From Tubulanus polymorphus (Eukaryota > Animalia > Nemertea): a DNA stretch of 64,000 bases. The notes below the pieces were generated by a model. That model worked only from the letters and a program-made list of their open reading frames with translations. It did no database searches and was not told where the DNA came from. Shown here in pieces: positions 24,824 to 37,100 of this stretch (its first letter is position 1; each line of letters starts with the position of its first letter). A program made the translations under genes and the position numbers. Where the stretch lies: NCBI RefSeq assembly GCF_964204645.1, contig NC_134026.1:20246150-20310149 (forward strand). The letters are read 5' to 3'.

Positions 24824-25094
24824 ATCATCTCAACGTTTTGAGACCGTGATAGTCTGATAGTAGGCCCTAGTTAGTTTTTGTTCGTCCCCGGACTGATGAC
24901 AAGTCTCCAGGCCAGGTCTCCTCCGCCCGCGCCGGTTTCTCTGTTTCTCTCTTTTCTCGCCCTAATTTCAGTTAAGCGTTATCCTTTCGGAGATTGGACA
25001 CTTGCAAAAGATACTTTCACACCACCGGTTGTAGGGCATCGTAAAATTTATGAATGACAAAATTGATCATAAGCTTTTTTCTTTGTCTACTTAC

Positions 25095-25340
25095 ACTCAA
25101 AGGCACGAAATCGAAATATTTTCCTTACTCAACAAGGATTATCCAAACTCCACGCCGCTTTCTTCCTCTAACTAATGAACACGTGGTGCGAATTGACCAA
25201 TCATCGGATGCGCCAGGAGTCTATCTACATAAATACAAGTACGGGTCATTATTCGGCAAGTCGAGAGTGGCGCGCGCCTGCCGCCAGTAGCTAGCGTACA
25301 TATAGGTCACGATACACATTTGTACTTAGGGTTCGAATCA
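25095..25340 (-). promoter_or_regulatory. Putative non-coding first exon and promoter of the PIWI gene
   Basis: The ATG exon has an acceptor at ~22284, so an upstream exon is required. Minus-strand donors GTAAGT (25094-25089) and GTAAGG (25128-25123) sit next to CACGTG (25180-25185), CCAAT (25197-25201), GGCGCGCGCC (25269-25278) and GGGTTCGAATC (25329-25339). Confidence 0.5.
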
Positions 25341-25489
25341 CGAATAGATGTGCTTTTTTTAAAACGATAAAGCAAGAACGCGTTGCCAGCAGCAAAGCAT
25401 GAAAATCTATAATTCCAAGACCTCCTAAAATGCCCTGTGGAAATTCATCGCGAATTTTCATTTACAAAAATCAGGTTAAGTGATCACTT

Positions 25490-25670
25490 GAGGAGAGAAT
25501 CCCACAATGATAATAAAAAGTCCGAAAATGAAACTTCGAGATAGTAGTTTATTTCAACGTTTCGACTATATCCTAATAGCCATCTTCAGGAATAATTTTT
25601 CGGACTTTTTATTATCATTGTGGGATTCTCTCCTCATCGCGTCAACACGGATATAGTGTTCTACCAATCG
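25490..25670 (-). mobile_element. Short Penelope-like insertion with inverted repeat and hammerhead-ribozyme core
   Basis: 13 bp direct repeat TAAGTGATCACTT (25477-25489, 25671-25683); 39 bp inverted repeat (25490-25528 / 25597-25635); the minus strand reads CTGAAGA-T-GGCTAT-taggat-ATAGTC-GAAACGTT. Confidence 0.7.
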
Positions 25671-28187
25671 TAAGTGATCACTTATTCAATTTTCAGAATT
25701 GGACTAGGCCTACCCTACGGATTTTTCAAGCAAAAGGGGGGCAAAGGGATAAAACATTTTAAAAAAATTATTTCTTAATAAAAAGACGTTTTAAGTTAAG
25801 CTGGCTGCTTTTATCATCGGCCACGAGAACGCGCAAAAACAAATCTTACCGCGCGAACAAAACTGTAATCAAGTACGCACAAAAACAAAATAATTTTGCT
25901 ACTTTTGCTATTAGTTTTGTTTTGTTTTTTTGCGCGTTCTCGTGGAGGATGTAAAAAAAATTTCATGTGTCCCAAATCAGCCATTATATAGAATGGAATG
26001 AAAAGCGAAAAAAATAAAAGTTCTTAGCATAGCAACATTTTTTCACTTTTAACTTACACAGCGACAATGTCGGTCTATGAGAAATAAATCCGAGTGAAGC
26101 TCACGTTCTATTATGCGTATGCTCTTCTATGGAATATCGCTCATTAAATCCGATTCCAGTCGTACAGGAATCTGTGCAGTGAATCCCCCGTAGTTGGGCC
26201 TGATCTCTGTACAATTTTTTGCATTTTATCCATTTATCGAAAATTATGCAACTATTGGTTGAATTAGTCACATAAAACCTCTACGATTGGAGGGTTCAAT
26301 GTGCTGCCCGAGTGAACATTATTAATTTAGTATCCAACTTCTTTTGTGTCAAGAGTTTGAGAGGGTTTAGTGTCAATGCGCGCCCAGAGCCAAAGTCAAA
26401 GCAATTGTTTTGTGCAAATTGTCAACTGAATTATCCAAACTGTCTCAGATGTTCACACTGACGAGCACTCTTCTCCAGTCTGAATACCAGTCGTTGTTAC
26501 CGGTTCCCTACAACTGTGGAACGACGGCAAGGTACTAGACTATATCTTCTCCAGGATAAGGCCAATTTTCTAGAGTTGTTCTAGTCTAATGGTAATAATC
26601 CATTAACTCTACTAGCCTACAGCCTATACACTACACTTTCGTCCCTATATATTTCATCTATAGCTTGTATATATTTGCGTATAATGCTAATAGCCCTTAT
26701 CTAATTATCCTTTGTCCTCTTAGACAGTTTGTCTCCGTCGTCGTAGAGTGTTAGTTGTTGTTTGTCTGGATCGTTGTCATTATATATCACTACTGATCAC
26801 CTTTGTTTTTTTGTATCATTTTCCATGTCTCCAACTGTCTTGTATCTATGCTATGTGTAACAATAAAGCGGTCCAGTTTTGGTCCACGCTGATATAGTTC
26901 AGATGTTACTCGTTCGATCTGTCTGGATTTCCGACGTCGACCAGGAACCGAAATCGAGTTTTTAATTGTATATGCCATTTTTTTCTGATGTCTGGCCAAT
27001 AGAAAAATTACAAAGATACGTCATTGAAAAAGGGACGTGTGTTGGTCTGTCAATATACTATTTACATAACTTTTAATCCGCTAATGTTGGCAGTTAAACC
27101 GGGGGAAATTTTAATGCTATATTTTGTACATGTAGAATGAGTCGATGCGACATAGCGTCTCATGAAATTGACTAATTTCTAGGATGAAATGAATTTAATT
27201 TGAAATTTTCCAATGCATAGCAATAATGTCCCACGAAAATAAATGTAATCTAGGCCTATTCAAAGTTTACGAAAGATTATCGCGACTAACTACTCTTTCA
27301 GGTAGGCCCTAATAAAGTTCACATCAAAATATGTCAGAAGGAACAAGAACTTGTTCGAAATGTGTTGTCAAGGTGCAGTTGATAATGGACCTGCCTTAAT
27401 TATGGACTATCAAACCTTTCTTTTTCGTTTTATAGTCAGTGCCATCAAGTAGTGAAACGCAAGTAGGTCCATACCCACACAACACATGTAGCAGCAAAAC
27501 AGGATAGGAAAGTTGATAGCGAAATAAATGTTCATCAAAATCTATTTATTTATCATTAAATACAAAAAATACAAGAATGTGTTTTTAATATAAAATCATT
27601 TAAATATAAACATACCATAAACATACACATGGATAATCTTATAACTGACATTGCGGTTCAGGCAGACAGGGCTAAGTACATTACAGGGTCTGCATCTGCT
27701 TATAGGGGAAACATTAATGAGATAAGGCTCTTTGACAAATTCTGCCTTTGTCGTACAGAAAGGGTCCTTTGAAATTCTTTTTTTGACAACATTTTGCTCC
27801 TTTTGATAATAAGCGCCGTTAAGGAAATGGAGCATTTGATATTTTAAGGTCTTACGGACAAGCCCCTGGACCCGCATTATAAATTTACATGTATCATTTT
27901 GCAACAATACAAAATAATAATACATTTGACATTTTTACAGGTGAAACACTTTTGGAGCAACATCATTACATCTACCCTTACCATATCCTGACCTATTCCC
28001 ACCATAAACCCTATACAAAATGTATTCTGTATCCTGCATTTACTCTTACTATACCTAAACGGGACCCTAATTTAATACATTTGAACGTCAAACAAAAAAA
28101 GGGGATTCGACAAATTGGGTTGAAAAGATAAGATATAAGGACGAATGCAAACTCGTTGGCAGAGTGTATAAATGGTCTATATCTATA

Positions 28188-31100
28188 TCATTCCATTTCA
28201 GCCGGCAGTGCTTTCATTTTGATCTCGAAGCATAAACAGTTGATATTTTCGCATTCTGGCGCGGAACATCCACAAGTACAGCTCATGTTGTTGAACTGGA
28301 AAAAAGAAACGATCAGAAGGACATGAGATATCGCCCAGTATTTATAGGGCGAACTTATCACAAACCTGGTAGTTCAAATGTTTGAAATTTGCATTTCCTA
28401 AATGCATGTGAATGAATGAATCAATGAATGTTTCTGGAAATAACAATTTGGTTTAGGCAAAAAAATTGACACGTTGTCTCTCCTTCTGCTGAGCTCAGAA
28501 TTTGACCTGACCAGCCGCCTATCTACCCTGTAAGCAACTTTTTTCTTAAAATCACGATCTAGCTAACCATAACACACTATAGGAGCCAGTTGCTCAAAAG
28601 TAAGGGCAGATACAGATAGAAACCATAGCGACAATGAACGTATGTCACCATCCCAACTAATATCCCTGATTAACTCTAACCAACGTTTGAGCAACTGCCC
28701 TCTGGGCAGTTATCGAAGTGAACAGATTACAAATTTTATTGCGATTTAGTTAAGTGACCCGGCCGATTAGGAGAGACAACGTATTGTCTTTTCCGCTTTA
28801 TCATTCAATTGTGAACTCAAAATGCATCCATTCTAGAACTAAACTGTGAATGGTACTGATACAAGGACCCTCACGTGAGGGCCCAGTTTCACAGTTTCAG
28901 AGCTTGTAGACTGAATGATAACTTGCTGAACCACGTCAGATTCGATTAATTTTGATAAATAAAGACATGTAATGCCCAATCAATGGTCCCTAAGTAAGTA
29001 AGACAACACATAAAAGAACAACGCAAAGCAATATTGAAATCATAAATCAATATCTAAAGGCTTTTTGGGATCAAAATCACAAACAATTTCTTTTGATGTA
29101 TCATTTCTGATTATGTTCATCAAATTTATTGTTTGATCGTATGGGTAGTAAATAAATCATGTTTTGAATTACTCAAAAGATCATCAGATTTCACCACCAT
29201 CACAAATAAAATTAAGAGGTCATTTCCAGGTATCAGTTATAATTCCTTGGACAAATCTTTGACCTAGGTATTGATAACATGCATTTTTGATAGTACGCCT
29301 AATAGAAAAATCTAAATTCTGTGATTTTTTAAGTTTGAAGTTTCAACCTAATTTATAAAGTTGTACCCAGATGCTGGCCTTGAGGAGATTTGAGCATTGT
29401 TTTGAAAAGAGTCTTTCATTGGTAACACTTTTTCATTCGTTTTCGTTCAAAATATGCACATGTTTCCAAACTTCGTTGATTTGAGGCAAAATTGAAGGAA
29501 AGAGAAGCGCAAAATATTCTAGAAATTGCGAAAATGAGCTCCTTATTGCATCTAATTTTCTGCGCGAATGTTCCATTCGGACATTTCTGTGAACACCTAA
29601 CGAAAAGGTTCCACTATCACGAAAATCAAACCCCCTAAAGACATGGCCGATTACGGCCTGCATCGAGTACCATCGTTGATAAATGTTCATGAATATTTTA
29701 TTTGTACGGACATGCAATTCAGGAGTTCTTGTTTTGTAAATAAGTGATTAAACTTTATCGCCATGATTAAAAGTGGTAATATCAGAGATAAATGTATGTT
29801 TGTAGAATGTGTAGAATTTGGCCCAGAACAACTGTTCACACAGGTGCCAAATGGGCCCGTGTCTGTTTGGCCCGGCAAAATTTGGTGCGACCAAAAACAT
29901 CGCACCAGGCCAAATTGTAGCACAGAATTGTAGCACAGAACAAAGCAACTGGTTCCCGAAATGACCCACTTCCCATGGGCTCGAGCCTGATCCATGCCAA
30001 TTTGGCCAGGGCCAAATCATCTCCATGTGGTACAAAACTTGAATAATGCGCCAAAACTCTGCTCACTAAAAGTGGTCTCCACCAGCACAGGACATCTTTA
30101 TTCGGTGCAGGACGGGCACAGGTTATCCAAATCTCTGGGATGCTAGGGTCATAACAGGCATGGGAGGACATGGAATAGCACATTTAATGGTTATACACGT
30201 GGAATCAAAAAGTTTGGGGCGAAAAAAATCACCTTAGGTTTTCAACAGGGTTTTCAGTAGTTTTGTATTATTGTGATGTACATAGCATTAGCAGCAGGGA
30301 ACAAAGTCAAATATTTCACTGTGCGACTTATCAACTATCTTTGATCTACGTTTTCAGCTATATTTAGTGAGGTGATAAATGTGTTTATCTAGATACAATC
30401 ATGGATCTCCACCCATGCGTGTACAACACCTGCCTGAACTCTTCGCAGAGCTATATCTGGTACCTTGTCCTGTGGTAAACAATAAATCAATTAAGAGATA
30501 AATCAAACATGACCTCTAAAATTCTATGCATTGTTCAGGCCATCATATGCCAATGGTGTAATCGCATAAAGACTTTTCTTTTGAATGTTTCATGAGGGAG
30601 ATGGCAGAGACCACAGTTTTTTTCTTCAATAACACTTCAGAATTTTCGAAACGAAAAAAAAGAACCAACCAACGGATGAAAACAAAAAATTCCTCAAATC
30701 AAAACACAGCTTAATTTTTGTTCCGAGAAAAATTTTTTTCATGTACCACGTAAGCAAATGTACCACCTTATTGCAAAGCAAAACTGAAGTAAGGCAATTT
30801 CTATCAACCTGGTTGGAAGTTTAAAACCAAAAAAAATAACTGTGGCTCATCAGTAGTTCACTTTTTGATTCTGATTTCATAAGGATAGAAAAGGCTCATC
30901 TTAATTCTTTGTGATAATCACAAAGTGCATGGAAGTGTTTTTCGGATATGTACGAACATCGCAGCACTATAAGCCGAATGTCTTCTTTCAGTGGATATAG
31001 CTCAGAGTCTCAGTGACCTCGAAATATAATCTACTTATGATTTCAGTGATAAACAGGATAGCGGCCAGTATGTGGTATGGGGAACCTCCAATGCTGCTGT

Positions 31101-34100
31101 GGCAAGCAAGGATCCACCAGTTTCACTAGCAGGTTTGTAGTTGCTTGGTGTTCAATTTCTTCCAACAATACAAAGTTGAATTTTTTACAGCCTAGATCTG
31201 CGCCTGTTGAGGAGTTCAAAAACCGCAGATCGCTTGCTTGTCAGTCCGCTTTAGGGGGAAAACATTTTACGCAAAGCTGTACCCTTACTTTGAGATATAA
31301 AGGGTTGAATAATATAATCTAGTAGCGCACTTGGCTGAAGTTGGCAGAATTCAGCTAATGTGTTTGAGGCTCATGGCATGGGTTCACACCATGGCAGAAT
31401 CGCGCCATCGATATCATAAAACCGAGGAGAAAAGGATGTGACTATCGGTACTTGGTTCTGCTACAAGGAACATATCCGTGAAAGAAGGCACATTGTACGA
31501 GGAGGAATGAAAGGTAAAAAAGGATTCGGAGAATTTTTCAGGATTATCTATATACACAGCGAAAACCTCGTTACAATAAACTTCATTTTGGATTTGATCT
31601 TTAGAATCAGGGACTGTATGGCAAGTATCGACTGAACGAATTTCGATTTTAGAATGTATAGTGTTGAGGGAAATTAGGATAAAAACAATCAATCGGCTTT
31701 ATATCAGCTTTACAGTTCAGATAAAGAGGCGGATCCATGAGTCAATATTGACATTTGGTATTTTTGGACGGAGCTGATGTCGGGGGTCTGCCTTACCTTT
31801 GAGGTTAACCCCTTTTCGTCAAGACAGAGATCGTTAAAACCTGTAAATCTAACACTCATCCTCTCCGGAATTTGCATTTTTCTAGGATCTATTTCTTCAA
31901 AGATATCTTTAGATTGAGGGTGGGATGCCGAGCGACAAGGCTTCTTCATACGAGAAATTCATTTTCTCTTCTACTGGACCCTGGCCTTTCAATTTTTCCT
32001 AGGTCCGCCCCTGTATTTATCTGGGTATATCTGATAATAAGAAATGTTTACATCCGAGTTCGTTGTAACAAGGTTCCGCCGTTTACCGGAATCGCTGCGT
32101 TGTGCGGTGGTGGTGAATTACGCGAAACTGCTAGAGAGCATATCTCCTTACGAAATCGGCTGCATTCGCACGGCGACGAACTGCGGATGGTCGTCGACTA
32201 TATCGTCATCGTCGACGGAGCCGGAATATGCGTCGACGACCGCGGTGCGACGCGCCGGACCGCCGCCGGCGTTCATGTGTATTTGGAAGCACCAACAGTT
32301 GATCACGTCACAGTTTGGGATCGAACACGTACACAGACATTCGCACGGCCCCAACTGCAAACGCAACAATTTCTCAATTAATAAATCGAGAGCGTGTTTC
32401 GATTACGGGCGACAAAGAAATAAAAACTAAAACGATGCAAGTTTTTCCTACAGGCCTATATAATAGTGAATGAACGAGCACGTGAATAGTCTAAAAGCAC
32501 CCCCAGCCGCCCAACTCCCCGATGGAGTTAGGCCTATAGCCCAGGGCCCAGTTTTATGGACTTTAACCCAGGGGCCAGTTGCACAGTCATGACTTAAGTC
32601 CAAAAGTGGTCTTAAATCTTAAGGCTGGTCTTAAGTTGTTAGATTGGCTATAGAACGAAGTCGATTTTAGACTGGTCCTAAATGGAAGTCATGACTATGC
32701 AACCGGCTACAGGGGCTAATTCAATTCATTTTCAATTGAGTTAGCCCCATGGTTAAAGATAATACCAGCCTCAGGGTCCCTACAGATCAGTCATTCCTGG
32801 AAATTTTCGAGGAGTTTTAAAGGAGAAAATTTCATATTTCAAGGAAATGTCTACATCACTTTCGTATCTCAAATTGCTGTAGACTCCTCCTAAATTGGTA
32901 CTGTTTATCTCAGTAAACTCTTACCACTGTTCTGATTTAGGCATAGTCTATTGTACAACATCTAAAGTATCTAAGTGCTTATTTCTTAAAGTTTTGAAAG
33001 AGTTAAGGGGCATTTTGCTCAAATCAATGGAGTTTCAAGCACCTTTAAAAGCATTTTCTGTTAAGATGGAGTTTTTAAGGAATGAAGGAGTCGTAGGGAC
33101 CATGTAGCCTTAGATTGCAAGACAGAAAAGCCTGGTCAACGCTTAACTAGATATTCTGGATACAGTAAACCACGGATATGTCGGATCCATTTCTTTATGA
33201 AAAAAAAAACATTTATGGTTATCAAACAGTAGGCCTTGTAAGTGCCAATAACCATCTACTGGTTAAACTGGTAAAGTAAATTTACGCTTACTGGAAAGCT
33301 TAAAGCAAATTTCATTGCATTCAAATTAACACATGGCAGATTTAGGTTCCAAGTTCTGGAAAATTCAGAACTTGAATCGTTCAATATCCTGTATTGTAAA
33401 CATCCAAAGTGTAAGATCACAAGTTTCAATGAAAAATGGCAAACCATTAGTGAGCTACAGGCCAGGGAATTCAGGCCAAAAATTTGGCCATGGAAAGGTC
33501 ACAGGATGGACATCTCGTGACCCAATTTGTTTTATGATGGGTGGTATAATGGAGGTATACACATAGGTATGGAACATACAAGAAAATTTATTGATCGATT
33601 TTGGGCTGCAGATATGGCTAGAAGAGATCTAAGTACGTATAAACCAAATATAAAGACAATTCATTGATGCATTTTCAAAACTTCCTGAAATAACTGGATT
33701 CCATCAACGGACAGACGGACAGCAAATGACGAAAGAAAATTGGAAAATTGAACGCCTTAACCCTTTAAGTGCATCTACACTGACTTATGAATCGGTGATG
33801 GACTTTGCTAAAGTAAACTGGCGTGCGGTGTATTGATCTACTGGGTAATAATCAATATCTCGAAATGAAAGATGGCAGCACCTGTCAAGCACTGTGGAAT
33901 ATTAGTAACTTACAATGTACACTGCGCTGTGGTGTAGACACAGCGGTGTGCCCGTTATTCAATGTACTGGGGTTGAGTTTTTGAACATTTTCAAATTATT
34001 TCCAGCACTTTCAGCAGGGTATCGATTAGTCAGCACTGAAAGCGTTAAGGTGATATACGGCGTAGGATCCGTTGTTTACTGTTTCCATACCCACTGGATT

Positions 34101-37100
34101 TGTATTAATGTGATTTTGCTATCAATGCAAGATTTATGAACACCTAAGAAACATATTGGTGCGATCCTATCCACCAATGATAGCCATCTACCTAAAATTA
34201 CTACTGAATCAATAAATCAGTAAAAAGTTTCACGCCCTATCACTTCGAACGACTGACTACCCATCCCTATCAGAGCATGCAAATGCAAATTTACCAAGTC
34301 AAGTCTTTATGCACTAAAAATGGAAATAATATACATATTTAGTAAGGGTAATATATTAAGCGAAGAATGATAGTGCTTGCAGTCCGATGATGAAAATAGC
34401 TTAATCATTTGTTCCAAATGTTAACTAGGGGTCCAGGGACACCATGCCCACTTGGGAAGTGGTTTCAAATGCTCAACAATCTAACAATTTCAATATTCAA
34501 CGCCCCCTGGTGACCATTTACAAAAACCAACGACCTTGAAACTCACCACAATCATAGAACATGTCAGCAGCTACGATTTTGTAATTGATTGTGATAACAA
34601 AATATGCCTCGTTACCAATTTAATATGGAAATACTAAGTCATTCTACTATTCAACGCCCCCTGGTGACCATATTCAAAACCCAATGACCTCGAAACTCAC
34701 CACAATCATAGAATATGTCATGAACTACCACTTTGCAATTGATCATGGTAACAAAATATGCCTAGGTACCAATATAATAAGGAAATACTAAGTTATTCTA
34801 CTATTCAACGTCACAATGATGTCATGAGCTACAACTTTCCAATTGATTGTGGTTACAAAATATGCATAGGAACGAATATAATAAAGAAATGCTAAGATAT
34901 TGTATTATTCAACGCCCCTGGTGGCCATATACGAAATCCAATTACCTTGAAACTCACCACAATCATAGAACACGTTATGAGCTACAACTTTCTTATTGAT
35001 TGTGGTAGCAAAATACGCTTAGGTATCAATATAATGAAAAAAAACTTTTTCCCACTTACGAATGAGTACTGGTGACACAAAGATGGCCGCCAATTGCGGC
35101 ATAATTGGCTGATGAAAAATACCTGTCTCAGGTATAAAACATCCCTTTCCATAGAATACCCATCACAAATTGCAATGAGAAATGGCAAACCAGTAGGAAG
35201 CTACAGGACTCAGAATTCGGGCCAAAATTAACATTTTTGGGCACTAAAAAGGTCATAGGACGGCCATCTTGAGTCCGACCGACCCAATTTTTGTTATGTT
35301 GATGGGCCCTGGGGGGATTCACATATATCCGAAAGACCAAGGTAATTGATGAAAGCGTCTTCAAAATTTCCCTCAAAAAGTTCAAAAATGTGTAAAAAGT
35401 GCTGATTTTGGCGAACAACAATGGCTGCTAGTCGGCCATCTTGATTCTGACAGGGCCAGTTTTTGGGCTGAAGATGTGTCTAGGGTAGATACATGTGTAA
35501 CCCAAATATAAAGACATTACCTTGAAGCGTCTTCAAAACTTCCCAAAATAACTGGATTCCGTCTACGGACGGACGGACGACGGACGAAAAGTGAACGCAA
35601 TAGCCCGCTGGGACTAAAGTCCCAAGTGGGCTAAAAATATAGATGTTTTCAGTGTTAAAATTTTGCGACTGGACACCGAGGTAATTTCAGTGTTAAAATT
35701 TTGCGACTGGACACCGGGGTAAAAAGCTAGTTAGTCTATGACAGTTTCTCTATTTTAATACAAAATCCAGTAGTTTCTAATCCAGATATAGCCATTACAT
35801 TACATGACTGTCCATTTGGATGTAAGTGGGCGCCCTAAAAAAAAAACCTCAAACCAGGCAGCGAAATATCTGGTCAGCAGTTGGAAGAATAATGTAGGTT
35901 AATATAACTGAAATGTATAAGGCTGTGTTCAAACTAAATACAGCGGTCAATTTACTGTCCGTACCCACCCCTCTCGGACAACTGACAGACTATAGCCATC
36001 TTTACAAATCACAGATCATCACAACTGATTGCCTGGTCTCTTGTCTGGATCTGACGCATTTCTATTTGAAATTTATGAAAAGTTTTGACCTGGCATCACT
36101 GATATAGAAATAAAATCAGCATGCACGGAAAATCAGATTGTCGTGACCCATCAAAAGGTGATCGTTTGAGGGGCTGGGTACAGACAGAGCAGGCTGTAAC
36201 CTGCATAAAAGCTCTCAGTTTTCAAATAGAATAATAAGGTTAACTATCATGCATTGTTTATTTCGACAAATGTTTTGTTTTTTTTCAAAACTTACCCCGC
36301 ATAATGGGTCTTTTCCGGGACCAGGCGGTGTACAACATTGGCATAAAATGATGTCAACGCAATCGAAATGCTGAAATGAAAAATCATGGATTGAAGCACA
36401 GTATAAGGCAACTGCAGTAACTTAAGCATTACAAGGCTAACGTGGAAAAGAGCATAAACTGCACATAAACTAAACCGTTCAAATCAAACTGCATTCGTCA
36501 AATCAAGATTCAGATGAATAAATACCTGGAGTAAAGATATACTGGCATGTGAGTTATTTCATGGCTATCAGTAGGCCCCTAATAAATAAGGTTGTAATAA
36601 CATAGGCCTGTATTCACTAACGCAGATTAATTGAATACAGATTGAGAGAGACCCGGTGGTCTTGGTTTTGCAGGTCGGATTTAACAAATACCGATTCATC
36701 AGACCCCTTATCATGAGTATAGATGCATTCACCCTCTACTGTACATAGAGCTTTACATGTACAATGTACTATGATTATCAGTGCAGAGCTGTATACCTGA
36801 GAATATCTGAACTATCAAGAAATTTTCAGAAATTCAGTTACCTAATGAGCAAATCAGATAAAACAATTTTTTCCAGGGACACGAGGGACATCGATTGATT
36901 TTCAATGCCGTTGATAAACACCAAACCTTTTAAGGGCATGGTTGGCAGCTACTGAGAGCAGTGTCTACTTACACGTCTGTTCGGACAACAGCGGTCCATA
37001 CAGCCTTTAACGGACGGACTCTGGCAGCAGTTGCAAGCTTGCGCAATAGTCAAACAACACGCACAACACGGGTCACCTTCTTTACCGCAACACTGAACCT

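Noticed and set aside
29687-30183. Three overlapping minus-strand ORFs
   Set aside because: The region is a degenerate GGCCAAA/TTTGGC-rich repeat similar to ~7330-7640; no domain recognised.
30900-31700. Possible nested gene in the last intron of the Cys-rich gene
   Set aside because: Some splice-like sites are present, but there is no consistent reading frame or recognisable motif.
31872-32430. 169 aa and 128 aa plus-strand ORFs
   Set aside because: They are antisense shadows of the GC-rich minus-strand exon 32354-32148 plus a MITE.
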